DNA from: an uncultured Bacteroides sp.
GTDB taxonomy: Bacteria; Bacteroidota; Bacteroidia; Bacteroidales; GCA-2748055
Length of the DNA: 64,000 nucleotides
Direction: 5' to 3'
NCBI GenBank assembly: GCA_964604655.1
Contig: CAZRZY010000009.1
Span: 47-64,046 of the forward strand
Shown here piece by piece: positions 40,985 through 50,268 of the stretch. How positions within the stretch are numbered: the stretch's first letter is position 1; every line of letters starts with the position of its first letter. A model generated the notes under the pieces. It did not search any database and was not told the DNA's origin. It saw only the letters and a list, made by a program, of their open reading frames with translations. A program made the translations under genes and the position numbers.

Positions 40985-42148
40985 CTAAAAAAGATACGAA
41001 AACTCTGTGGATTCCACGTACCTGTGGATGAGCCTGGGAACAGGGAATGCTTCTAGCTGTTCCAGCGGAACCCGGATCCATCCGGAGGGGAGTTTTTCCG
41101 GCCAGGCATCCAGGTGAATATGAATGAAACGGGCCTGCAGGGTGCGGTGGGAAAGCTGGTGCCGGATCGTACCGGAAATCTGGCGCACCGTGAAGGGGAG
41201 CAGATTTTCCTTTCGGGTGTGGTTTTCCTCCTGGACCAGGTGTTGATTCCTGGCGGGGTATGGACCGGGGCCCTGACCATCATTTTCATTGCGGGTGCGG
41301 GCCAGGGGTGCGGAGCGAAGGAACTCTGCTTCGGTCAGTGCGTGGTCCGATTCCACCAGCGGAAACTGGTAAAGCGATTCCCATATATCTCCACCGGAGC
41401 GCTTCATAAGGATCACTTCGTTGCGGGCAACCATGATATAATAATACAACCACCTGTGTACCGGTTTTTTCTTTGCTTTCTTCAAAGGAAGCCGGCTTAC
41501 CTGACCCGTGCGGAAGGCCACACACCCTTCCTTCAGGGGACAGGTTTCACATGCGGGAGAGGAGGGAGTGCACTGGAGGGAGCCGAATTCCATCATAGCC
41601 TGGTTGTGGGTTCCGGCATTCCGTCCCTCCCGGACGCTCTCCATCACCAGGCCATCGGCGAGCGATGCGATCTCTCTGGACCCCCTGACACTGTTTACCG
41701 GTTCTTCTACTCCATATAGCCTGGCTATTACCCTGGCCACATTCCCGTCCACCACGGCCTTTGGCTCCCCGAAGCAGATCGAAGCGATAGCCGCAGCTGT
41801 ATATGTACCGACCCCTTTCAGACTGAGAAGATCCCCATAACTTTTCGGGAATGCTCCCTTCCACTGGTCTACCACCTGCCTGGCTGCGAAGAGCAGGTTC
41901 CTGGCACGACTGTAGTAGCCCAGCCCCTGCCATTTTTTCAGCACTTCATCTTCGCTGGCGGCCGCCAGGGAGTGGACATTGGGAAAGGAGCGGACAAATT
42001 CCTGGTAATAAGGCATCCCCTGCTCGACCCGGGTCTGTTGCAGGATCACCTCCGAAAGCCAAACCCTGTAGGGATCGGTCGTTTGACGCCATGGAAGTGT
42101 TCTCCGATATTTTTCATACCACATCCCGATATTTCCGGCAAAATTCAT
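40985..42148 (-). CDS. mutY: A/G-specific adenine DNA glycosylase
   Basis: 387 aa with HhH-GPD (LKGVGTYTAAAI), an Fe-S Cys cluster (C..C..C..C) and a NUDIX-like C-terminus. Confidence 0.92.
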   Translation of the reverse strand: MNFAGNIGMWYEKYRRTLPWRQTTDPYRVWLSEVILQQTRVEQGMPYYQEFVRSFPNVHSLAAASEDEVLKKWQGLGYYSRARNLLFAARQVVDQWKGAFPKSYGDLLSLKGVGTYTAAAIASICFGEPKAVVDGNVARVIARLYGVEEPVNSVRGSREIASLADGLVMESVREGRNAGTHNQAMMEFGSLQCTPSSPACETCPLKEGCVAFRTGQVSRLPLKKAKKKPVHRWLYYYIMVARNEVILMKRSGGDIWESLYQFPLVESDHALTEAEFLRSAPLARTRNENDGQGPGPYPARNQHLVQEENHTRKENLLPFTVRQISGTIRHQLSHRTLQARFIHIHLDAWPEKLPSGWIRVPLEQLEAFPVPRLIHRYVESTEFSYLF

Positions 42149-42242
42149 TATCTTCGTCGGCTCTTTTAATATAATTGGCTTATTTTTAGCGTACTAAAAT
42201 AAAAATTAATCGATTTCAATTTCATATTCAGGCAAAAGTACT

Positions 42243-42250
42243 TATATTTG
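42243..42250 (+). promoter_or_regulatory. Candidate Bacteroidota -7 promoter element (TATATTTG = TAnnTTTG) upstream of hup
   Basis: Exact match to the TAnnTTTG consensus, 55 nt upstream of the hup ATG. I could not pick out a clear -33 TTTG. Confidence 0.35.
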
Positions 42251-42304
42251 CAAATCCACAGGATGGAACTAACGTAAATCATTGATAATTAAAGGTTTTT
42301 TAAA

Positions 42305-42589
42305 ATGACAAAAGCAGATATCGTAAATGAGATTTCCAAGGACACGGGAATAGAAAAGGTAACTGTACAGAAGACAGTGGAAGCTTTCATGGAGACTGTG
42401 AAGGATTCGCTCAGTAATGATAAGAACGTCTATCTCCGGGGTTTTGGGAGCTTCATCGTGAAGAAACGAGCCAAGAAAACCGCTCGCAACATCTCCAAAA
42501 ATACCACTATTATTATTCCCGAGCATTCCATCCCTGCGTTTAAGCCTGCCAAGACTTTTGTCAGCAAAGTGAAGACCAACGTGAAGTAA
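42305..42589 (+). CDS. hup: DNA-binding protein HU
   Basis: 94 aa with canonical HU sequence (MTKADIVNEI..., RGFGSF, RNISKNTTIIIPEHSIPAFKPAK). Confidence 0.96.
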   Translation: MTKADIVNEISKDTGIEKVTVQKTVEAFMETVKDSLSNDKNVYLRGFGSFIVKKRAKKTARNISKNTTIIIPEHSIPAFKPAKTFVSKVKTNVK

Positions 42590-42602
42590 AGACATTGGAG
42601 AT

Positions 42603-42695
42603 ATGCCCAGCGGAAAAAAAAGGAAGCGACATAAGATGGCAACCCACAAGCGCAAGAAGCGCTTGAGGAAGAACAGACACAAGAAGAGGAAATAG
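42603..42695 (+). CDS. 30-aa extremely basic micro-ORF, bS22-like (tentative), not in the ORF track
   Basis: Hand translation gives MPSGKKRKRHKMATHKRKKRLRKNRHKKRK*, with 21 of 30 residues K, R or H. Lies 13 nt after hup, upstream of a terminator hairpin. Confidence 0.55.
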   Translation: MPSGKKRKRHKMATHKRKKRLRKNRHKKRK

Positions 42696-42720
42696 TTCAT
42701 TTCTCTTATTCAATGATTAA

Positions 42721-42755
42721 AACCTAAGGGCCTCCTAATGGTCTTTAGGTTTTTG
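42721..42755 (+). terminator. Hairpin plus T-run after hup and the micro-ORF
   Basis: Stem aacctaagg / cctttaggtt-type (9 bp, one G-U), 13-nt loop, then TTTTT. It covers the ATG at 42738 used by the track ORF for rng. Confidence 0.5.
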
Positions 42756-42791
42756 TATGACAATCAGCTTTTCTTCGTAAATGATGATATT

Positions 42792-44351
42792 GTGAGCAGC
42801 GAACTTGTAATCAACTCAACCAAAGAGAGAGTTTCGATTGCACTTCTTGAAGACGGAAAGCTCGTTGAACTGAATGATTCCACACTTAAGCACAAGTTTG
42901 CAGTAGGAGACATTTATCTGGCCAGGGTTAAGAAAGTTATGCCCGGTCTGAATGCAGCATTTATTGATGTCGGATACGAGAAGGATGCTTTCCTTCACTA
43001 CCTGGACCTTGGTCCACAGTTCAGCAGTCTGAACAAATATCTGGCGCAGGCGATAGCGCGTAAGGGGAAACCCATTCCCATCAGCAAATTCAAGCGTCTT
43101 CCCGACATCAACAAACATGGCAAAATCAACGAGGTACTCAAGCAGGGGCAGTTCATCCTGGTGCAGATTGCCAAGGAACCTATTTCAACCAAAGGTCCCC
43201 GCCTGAGCTCTGAAATCTCCATTCCCGGCAGGAACATCGTGTTGATGCCATTTGCCGACAAGATCTCGGTCTCCTCAAAGATCTCCTCCCAGGAGGAGAA
43301 AGAACGGCTGAAAAACCTTCTTCAGGCCATCCGTCCTCAGAATTTCGGAATTATTGTCCGAACGGTGGCAGAGGGGAAGAAGGTGGCCGAACTGGACAAC
43401 GAACTCAGGTCGCTTGTGAAACGGTGGGAGGATGCGTTTACGCAGATCAGCGTCAAAGGCCTGCCCAAGCTGGTGGTAAGTGAATTAAGTCGAGAGTCGG
43501 CCGTGGTCCGGGATTACCTGAACGGCGATTTCGACGGGATCCACATCAGCAATCAGAAAGTATACAACGAGATCAAGGACTACATTCATGAGGTGGCACC
43601 TGAAAAGGAGAAGATCGTCAAATTCTACTCGGAGAAAGTGCCCATTTTTGATAAACTGGGCATCGTCAAACAGATCAAGGCCTCTTTCGGCAAGACCGTA
43701 TCCTTCAAACACGGCGCCTATCTGATCATCGAGCACACCGAGGCGCTTCATGTGATCGATGTGAACAGCGGGAACCGTTCCAGGTCCATGACCGATCAGG
43801 AGACCAACGCCGTGGAAGTGAATCTGGCAGCAGCGGATGAGATCGCCAGGCAGTTGCGGTTGCGCGATATGGGCGGGATCATCGTGGTCGATTTCATCGA
43901 CATGCATAAAAATGAACACAGGCAGAAGGTGTTTGATCAGATGAAACAGGCCATGAGTAGCGATAAGACTAAGCACAACATCTTGCCATTGAGCAAGTTT
44001 GGTCTTATGCAGATCACCCGTCAGCGAGTACGCCCGGAGATGCATATCGAAACGGCCGAAACCTGTCCAACCTGCCTGGGCAGCGGCAATGTCCAGCCGC
44101 CCATTCTTTTCCCGGAAACCGTCAAGAACGAACTTTCGGTCCTCATTAAACAGCATTCACTCACCAGTGCTGCTGTGAAGCTGCATCCTTTTATTGCCAG
44201 CTACCTGAAAAAGGGATTTCGTTCGGAGGAGCGGAAATGGAGAAGGGAACTGGGCTGCAAGATAAAGATCGAGCCCGCCGAATCGCTTCACTTCATGGAG
44301 TACAGGGTGTATAATGCCGAAGGAGAGGAACTGCAAAGAAAGCGCCGGTAG
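42792..44351 (+). CDS. rng: Ribonuclease G/E family (Rne/Rng)
   Basis: S1 domain (GDIYLARVKKVMPGLNAAFIDVG) and catalytic core. The ORF is open from 42738, but that ATG lies inside the upstream terminator hairpin. The GTG at 42792 ((M)SSELVINSTKERVSIALLEDGKLVEL) matches typical N-termini. Confidence 0.85.
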   Translation: MSSELVINSTKERVSIALLEDGKLVELNDSTLKHKFAVGDIYLARVKKVMPGLNAAFIDVGYEKDAFLHYLDLGPQFSSLNKYLAQAIARKGKPIPISKFKRLPDINKHGKINEVLKQGQFILVQIAKEPISTKGPRLSSEISIPGRNIVLMPFADKISVSSKISSQEEKERLKNLLQAIRPQNFGIIVRTVAEGKKVAELDNELRSLVKRWEDAFTQISVKGLPKLVVSELSRESAVVRDYLNGDFDGIHISNQKVYNEIKDYIHEVAPEKEKIVKFYSEKVPIFDKLGIVKQIKASFGKTVSFKHGAYLIIEHTEALHVIDVNSGNRSRSMTDQETNAVEVNLAAADEIARQLRLRDMGGIIVVDFIDMHKNEHRQKVFDQMKQAMSSDKTKHNILPLSKFGLMQITRQRVRPEMHIETAETCPTCLGSGNVQPPILFPETVKNELSVLIKQHSLTSAAVKLHPFIASYLKKGFRSEERKWRRELGCKIKIEPAESLHFMEYRVYNAEGEELQRKRR

Positions 44352-44465
44352 AATATATGTCTGCCCATATGGGGATAACTGCCCGGCGGGAGTCCTGTAA
44401 TGAATCTTCAAACTTTCCGACCAATGGGTTGTTGGTAAGATAGTCTGAACTGTAAACCGGAACCG

Positions 44466-46613
44466 ATGAAACGCATATCCGCCCTCATTTCTTTCCTCCT
44501 CTTCACTGCCTCGGTGGCCATGGCCCAGGTAGTCGACCCTGTCAAATGGACCTTTTCGCAGGAGCAGGTCAGCAAGACCGAAGTGGACCTGATCTTTAAA
44601 GGTACCATTGAACCGCCATGGTACATCTATTCGGCCGATTTGGTCGAAGGGGGACCCGTACCCACCGGTGTGCGGCTCAACGAGTCGGAAGGTTACCGGT
44701 TGACAGGCGAACTGGTGGAAGTCACCAAATCCAAGATCAAGTTCGACGAAGGTTTCCAGATGGATATCGGGACCATTGCCGGAAGAGCAGAGCTTCGCCA
44801 GCGGGTGGAACTCCTTCAGCCTGACGCTCAGCAGATCACAGGAGAGATTGAATTTCAGACCTGTGACGGTAACGTATGCCTGGCACCTAAAACTGTGGAA
44901 TTCTCCGTGGAGGTGAATGCAGGGATGGCGGCCGGTATGGCGGATGAAGACGGTTCGGGAATTTCGGCTGTCGAAGGAGCCGGGACTAAGGCCGGAAGCG
45001 ATGCGGGAAGCGATGCCGCGGAGAAACAAGTCCCGGCACTCTCGGGCCTGGTTCAGCAGGCGGGCGAAGAAACCGGCGAAACTTCGGATGAAGGGGTGGC
45101 GAAATCTGAATCCGGCACAGGCGGAGAGTCCTTATCAGGTGTTCCCGCCATGGAGGATGAACGCTCCATGTGGGGCTTTTTCTGGCTGGCCTTCGGACTG
45201 GGTCTGCTGGCACTGCTGACTCCCTGCGTATTTCCGATGATCCCCATGACGGTCAGTTTCTTTATGCAGGGGGAAGGTAGCAGGGCACGCGGGGTACTCC
45301 GGGGATTGATCTTCGGACTCTCCATCGTGGCAATCTACACCTCGCTGGGTGTGATTGTGAGTCTCACCAACATCGGACCCAACGCAGCCAATGCACTCAG
45401 TACCCACTGGATCCCCAACCTGGTCTTTTTTGCCCTGTTCGTAATCTTCGCATTCTCCTTTTTTGGAATGTTCGAGCTGGTACTTCCCACCAGCTGGGTC
45501 AATAAAGCGGACAGCAGGGCTGACAAGGGAGGATTCGGAGGAGCGTTTTTCATGGCACTGACCACCGTCCTGGTATCGTTTTCCTGCACAGGTCCCATCG
45601 TGGGAGCCCTGCTGGTGGAAGCGGCCGGAGGACTGGCCCTTAAACCAACCCTCGGGATGTTCGGGTTTGCACTGTCCTTTGCCATTCCTTTTACCCTGTT
45701 CGCCATGTTTCCCTCCTGGCTGAAGGGATTACCCAAATCGGGAGGATGGCTCAATGCGGTGAAGGTGGTGCTGGGATTCATCGTGCTCGCTTTCAGCATG
45801 AAATTCCTGCTGGCCCTAGATCCCACCAACAAAATCCTGACCAGGGAGCTCTACCTGGCCGTCTGGATCGTTCTGTTCTTCCTGCTGGGAATGTATTTCC
45901 TGGGGAAAATCAAATTCGCCCACGACAGCGATCTGCCCCATGTGACCGTACCCAGGCTCCTGCTGAGTGTGGCCTCGTTCTCGTTTGTGGTCTTCCTGTT
46001 CCTGGGACTCTTCGGGTATGAACTGAAGCGGGTTGCCCCGTTGCTGCCGCCCAAGTCACCCGATGGGATCGACCTTACCCTGAGGGTACCGGCGACAGGC
46101 CCCTCTGCCGGCACATCCGCCTTTTCAGAGGGGGTGGACGAATGTATACCAGGAAAACATGCGGAACTGTTTCGCATGCCTTATGGGCTGAAAGGTTTTT
46201 ATGACCTGCAGGAGGGTCTGGCCTGCGCAAAAGCCACCGGGAAACCGGTCCTGATCGATTTCAAGGGGCACTTTTGTTCCAATTGCAAGAGGATGGAGGC
46301 CGCTGTCTGGTCCGATCCGGAAGTTCTCAGGACCCTCCGCGAGGATTTTGTGATCGTGGCTCTTTACACCGACGACCGTACCAGGCTTCCCGAGTCGGAA
46401 TGGTACACCTCGGAGGTGGACGGCAAGGTCAAGAAAACCATCGGCCAGCAGAATGTCGATTTCGAGATCCGGTTATTCCAGACTAACACCATCCCCCTTT
46501 ACGTGATCATGGATCCCGACGGGAACGTGGTTCACACTCCCAGAGGGACCGACATGGATGTGCTGAGCTACCTGAGCTGGCTCCGGGAGGGAAAAGATCT
46601 GGCGGCGAACTGA
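44466..46613 (+). CDS. dsbD: Thiol:disulfide interchange protein DsbD family
   Basis: 715 aa with an N-terminal periplasmic domain, a DsbD TM core (TPCVFPMIPMT) and a C-terminal thioredoxin fold with CSNC. Confidence 0.9.
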   Translation: MKRISALISFLLFTASVAMAQVVDPVKWTFSQEQVSKTEVDLIFKGTIEPPWYIYSADLVEGGPVPTGVRLNESEGYRLTGELVEVTKSKIKFDEGFQMDIGTIAGRAELRQRVELLQPDAQQITGEIEFQTCDGNVCLAPKTVEFSVEVNAGMAAGMADEDGSGISAVEGAGTKAGSDAGSDAAEKQVPALSGLVQQAGEETGETSDEGVAKSESGTGGESLSGVPAMEDERSMWGFFWLAFGLGLLALLTPCVFPMIPMTVSFFMQGEGSRARGVLRGLIFGLSIVAIYTSLGVIVSLTNIGPNAANALSTHWIPNLVFFALFVIFAFSFFGMFELVLPTSWVNKADSRADKGGFGGAFFMALTTVLVSFSCTGPIVGALLVEAAGGLALKPTLGMFGFALSFAIPFTLFAMFPSWLKGLPKSGGWLNAVKVVLGFIVLAFSMKFLLALDPTNKILTRELYLAVWIVLFFLLGMYFLGKIKFAHDSDLPHVTVPRLLLSVASFSFVVFLFLGLFGYELKRVAPLLPPKSPDGIDLTLRVPATGPSAGTSAFSEGVDECIPGKHAELFRMPYGLKGFYDLQEGLACAKATGKPVLIDFKGHFCSNCKRMEAAVWSDPEVLRTLREDFVIVALYTDDRTRLPESEWYTSEVDGKVKKTIGQQNVDFEIRLFQTNTIPLYVIMDPDGNVVHTPRGTDMDVLSYLSWLREGKDLAAN

Positions 46614-46665
46614 TCAGGCGGCGAACTGATCAGGCGGCGAACTGATCAGGCGGCGAACTGATCAG
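46601..46665 (+). repeat. 4 x 16-bp tandem repeat (ggcggcgaactgatca) beginning inside dsbD and carrying its stop codon
   Basis: Read directly. The TGA at 46611-46613 lies in copy 1. Confidence 0.95.
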
Positions 46666-46801
46666 TGCCCCCTCTGTTTCTCTAGAAAATCCCGAATTTG
46701 AAGGTAACTCCGGCATTCCAGCCCCGCAGAGCTGCGGGGAACCGAGCCTGCGAGCTCGGCGAAGCCAATGCGCGAGCGGGATTCATGTGGTCCAATGACA
46801 C

Positions 46802-47311
46802 CTATTTCCTCCAAACGTTAAGGATCTCTCCCATGTAGAACCGGTGGAAATCATCCCCGGGGTAGTTTTTTTGTGCCACCTCCGGAAGCAGGAAGTGATC
46901 CTTTTTCAGGTCGTCCGCGTAGATTTTCCGGCACTCCATCACCAGCCGGGCCTCCCCGAAGATCACATTCCCGCGGTCGGTTTCCAGGGGAGTCAGATTC
47001 GTTTCGGCGATTTTGTCGTGGTCACGGCCTGAGTGCGAACCGCAGAAATTCAGGACCGGACGATACTCCTCCGTAAAAAAGGAGAGGGTGTAGTCGGAGT
47101 AGCGGTTGGCAAAACGAAAGGTATGACGTTGGGGCCGGATATAGGCAATGGCCACCGGAAGATTCCAGAGGATACCCATATGTCCCCAGCTGGCTGTCAT
47201 GGTATTCACATCTCCGATAGGGCCGGCAGTGACCAGCATCCAGTCCTTGTCCAGCAGTTTGAAAACATTGTCAGTGATCTCGGTGGGTTGGATGGAGGTG
47301 AAATTCTTCAT
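46802..47311 (-). CDS. Flavin reductase-like (FMN-binding split barrel) protein
   Basis: 169 aa. The sequence resembles flavin-reductase-domain proteins (NTMTASWG...). Family-level call only. Confidence 0.65.
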   Translation of the reverse strand: MKNFTSIQPTEITDNVFKLLDKDWMLVTAGPIGDVNTMTASWGHMGILWNLPVAIAYIRPQRHTFRFANRYSDYTLSFFTEEYRPVLNFCGSHSGRDHDKIAETNLTPLETDRGNVIFGEARLVMECRKIYADDLKKDHFLLPEVAQKNYPGDDFHRFYMGEILNVWRK

Positions 47312-47432
47312 GAGAGATTCCGCTTTTGTATCACAAATATCGGCAAAAACACGGAAAATTCCGGAATGTTGACAAAATCACCGAAAACAGACCCTTCCCG
47401 GCAGGAATACTTTTTGATCGACCGGCCGTCTG

Positions 47433-48497
47433 CTATCTGACCAGCAACTTCTGGGTGACCACCCCCCTGGCAGTGTAGATCCTGGTCAGGAAAACCCCCT
47501 TGCCGTGCCGGGTCAGATCTGCCGGGAACTCCAGGTAGGTATCAAGCAGGCGTCCGGTGAAATCGAAAAGCTCCAGACGGTCCACAACGGAATGGTCCAC
47601 AACGGAATGGTCCGCCCCGGACCTCTGATCGCCGGAGGTCCCCAAATAGACCACTCCTTCACTGGGATTCGGGTAGAGCCTGACAGAAAGGGTGTTCGGG
47701 TTCCCGGTTCCTCTTCCTGGACCAAAAGGTGAAGAATCGCCGGTACCTACCACGGGATCGTATTCGATGATGAAATAGATGGTGCTGGTTCCTTCCAGGT
47801 CGTTCCACTCCCCGGTATTGCCCAGCATAGTGCTGCCCTTGGGCCAGCCCGAAAGCCCGATTGCTCCGAAGTCCTGTCCGTCCGGACCAAAATCATCCGG
47901 TTCCTGGGGGGTTCCTTCGCCGGTGCCGCCCCAGTTCACGTAGGAGTCTTCGAAAGGAGTGCCGTCGTTATCGCCGTTGGCACCCTGCCCGGTCCAGAAC
48001 TTGGCTCCGTCCCGCTTGTCTTCCCCTTCCCAGCGCCAGACACCCTCGTCATCGGTATCGGTGGCCCCTATCCAGATGTAGGCGATCCCGCCGCCGTTGA
48101 GCACTTCGGTATAGGTATCGGAGATCTCGGCCCCGTTGCGAATAGCCTCCATAATCGCATCCTGTTCCTCCTGACTGTTGATTTCGGCCAGATAGCCTCC
48201 CCGCTCCACAGCACAGAGGGCGGCATCTCCCCAGGTCTTCATCTCCATAACGATCTCATACTGGGCACCGTTAAATTCAAAGCCATAGATATCAGAAGGA
48301 TCGGCACACTGGGATAACCCTTTGGCCGGAAATGTAAAGAGCAGCGCCCCGGTCAGCAGAAGCGCCAGAAGGGGTGCGGCAAAATTATGTGCAACAGCAT
48401 TACGTTCAGCAGCATTACGTGCAGCAGAGTTACGTGCGGCAAGCTGAGCTAACCGTTGGATTACAGGGGAATATGCTTTGTGCAGATTGGATCTCAT
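47433..48497 (-). CDS. Secreted C-type lectin domain protein with T9SS C-terminal sorting domain
   Basis: CTLD hallmarks: TWGDAALCAVERGGYLAEINSQEEQDAI, YIWIGATDTDDEGVWRWEGE, EPD and WND. C-terminus has LYPNPSEGVVYL...GVFLTRIYTARGVVTQKLLV. Confidence 0.75.
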   Translation of the reverse strand: MRSNLHKAYSPVIQRLAQLAARNSAARNAAERNAVAHNFAAPLLALLLTGALLFTFPAKGLSQCADPSDIYGFEFNGAQYEIVMEMKTWGDAALCAVERGGYLAEINSQEEQDAIMEAIRNGAEISDTYTEVLNGGGIAYIWIGATDTDDEGVWRWEGEDKRDGAKFWTGQGANGDNDGTPFEDSYVNWGGTGEGTPQEPDDFGPDGQDFGAIGLSGWPKGSTMLGNTGEWNDLEGTSTIYFIIEYDPVVGTGDSSPFGPGRGTGNPNTLSVRLYPNPSEGVVYLGTSGDQRSGADHSVVDHSVVDRLELFDFTGRLLDTYLEFPADLTRHGKGVFLTRIYTARGVVTQKLLVR

Positions 48498-48508
48498 GCG
48501 TTTTTTCC

Positions 48509-50212
48509 TTAAACAAGTTTTTTTCTGGTGTAACGGGCTACCAACGTGTAAAGCAAAAATAGTGCCGTGATAAAAAGGCTGATTCTCCCGATATAGTCTC
48601 CAAACCGGACATAAAATGTGATAGTGTCATTCTTGTTCAGGGTACCGCGGAGTCCGGAACGCACCCACCAGCCGATCCTTGCAAGCTCCTCGCCTCGCTG
48701 GTTGATCATCGAGCTGATCCCGGTATTGGCGCTCCGGGCGATGCTCCGGCGTGTTTCGATGGCCCGCAGCCTGGCGTATGCATTATGCTGCCGGTGACCC
48801 GGTGTGTTCTTCCACCATCCATCGTTGGTGACAATGAAAAGGAAGTGGGCCCCGGCTTCGCGGACATATCCTGTGACAAATTCACCGAAGACCGATTCCC
48901 AGCAGATCACCGGACCCACCCGGGTAGTGTCCTGCGGGGATGGGAACGCCTCCCGGTATTCCTGCGTACCGTGGCTGCGGAAAGTTCCGCCGAGCTCTAA
49001 GGTAATATTCTCCAGGAAGCTCAGCAGGTTGGTGTAGGGCATATGTTCCACTCCCACCACCAGCATCGATTTATGATAGATGGGAATCTTCCCGGTGGAG
49101 TCGAGCTGAAAGGCACTGTTGAAACTGTCGTACCGGTAGTCCTGACCCCGCACCTCGCGGCTGGTTTCGGTGAATTCTGAAGGATCGGTATAGAGCCGGT
49201 AGGTGGTTGCTCCGATGACCATCTTGGCTTTTGGAAAGCCGGAGAGGAACTCGCGGAGTTTCACCACCTCGGGATGCTCGCCGATACCCGCTTCCCATAC
49301 CCCGTTGTTGATGAAGGTCTCGGGACCCACGATATAGTCCGTGGCGGGGGTGACCAGGGAATCGGCCACCTGCAGCAGACATGCGGTTTGCTCGGCCTGG
49401 GACATTTCGGTGAATTTCAGGTAGGGATCGATATTGGGCTGAAGCACCACCATCTCGTAAGGATCTTCCTTCTCTTCATAGGTGGCAAAGCGGACCAGAG
49501 AAATCACCACTGGAATGATCAAAACACCAGCCAGCCAGGCGATCAGCCGGCGGTTGCTCTCCCGTCTCTTTATAAGCTTAAATATCAGAATGTTGAGTAC
49601 CAGTGCCCAGAGGGTTCCGCCCAGTGCACCGGTCCACTCGTACCACTGGATCAGCCGGATATCGTTGGCGAACCCGTTACCCAGCACCAGCCAGGGGAAG
49701 TTGATCTGCGCCCGCAGGTAGAGGAATTCAAAGGTGATCCAGTAGACCACCAGCGAGGCATACCCCAACCGGTCGCCAAGTCTTCGGCGAGTCGCATGGA
49801 ACAGCCCGAATACCAGGGTCATATAGAAGGTGTTGACCACTACGGCAGCAATCACCCCTACCCAGGCCGCATGCTTCACCCAGTAGGAGGTCCAGATATT
49901 GAAAAGCGCGAATGTGAGTACCACGTACCAGATCCATCCGGACCGCTTCCGCTTCCTGCCGTTTCGACCGGACTCCCGCTGCCTGTTACGGTCGGACCGG
50001 CCGTCATCCTTCCGGGAGGAAGAACCGGCTCTTTCCTCCAGGTAATTCTTCAGAGCCTCATCTTCCATCAGCAACAGGGGAACGAAGGCCACGAAAAGCA
50101 GCCATCCGGTTCCCCACTGGAAAAACGGGATGGAGAAAAAAAGTACTGACAGTAAGACAAGTATGAACCGGTGTGATTTTTTCATCTGTTGGTTCCTGCT
50201 AACCGCGGACAA
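48509..50212 (-). CDS. lnt: Apolipoprotein N-acyltransferase
   Basis: 567 aa with N-terminal TMs and a CN-hydrolase domain (ICWESVF). Has an unusual ~35-aa basic insertion (SSSRKDDGRSDRNRQRESGRNGRKRKRSG) near the N-terminus. Confidence 0.88.
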   Translation of the reverse strand: MSAVSRNQQMKKSHRFILVLLSVLFFSIPFFQWGTGWLLFVAFVPLLLMEDEALKNYLEERAGSSSRKDDGRSDRNRQRESGRNGRKRKRSGWIWYVVLTFALFNIWTSYWVKHAAWVGVIAAVVVNTFYMTLVFGLFHATRRRLGDRLGYASLVVYWITFEFLYLRAQINFPWLVLGNGFANDIRLIQWYEWTGALGGTLWALVLNILIFKLIKRRESNRRLIAWLAGVLIIPVVISLVRFATYEEKEDPYEMVVLQPNIDPYLKFTEMSQAEQTACLLQVADSLVTPATDYIVGPETFINNGVWEAGIGEHPEVVKLREFLSGFPKAKMVIGATTYRLYTDPSEFTETSREVRGQDYRYDSFNSAFQLDSTGKIPIYHKSMLVVGVEHMPYTNLLSFLENITLELGGTFRSHGTQEYREAFPSPQDTTRVGPVICWESVFGEFVTGYVREAGAHFLFIVTNDGWWKNTPGHRQHNAYARLRAIETRRSIARSANTGISSMINQRGEELARIGWWVRSGLRGTLNKNDTITFYVRFGDYIGRISLFITALFLLYTLVARYTRKKLV

Positions 50213-50268
50213 AGATATAACAAAATCATTCTCTATCTTTGTAAGTAGAAAACCAACCCGATTGCTGA

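Noticed and set aside
42243-42250. Other TAnnTTTG matches as promoters (e.g. TATTTTTG at 21917-21924 upstream of the Tyr-rich protein gene; TACTTTTG near 32968 upstream of tkt)
   Set aside because: An 8-mer with two free positions occurs by chance in AT-rich spacers, and I could not pair them with convincing -33 elements. Only the hup one is listed, at low confidence.
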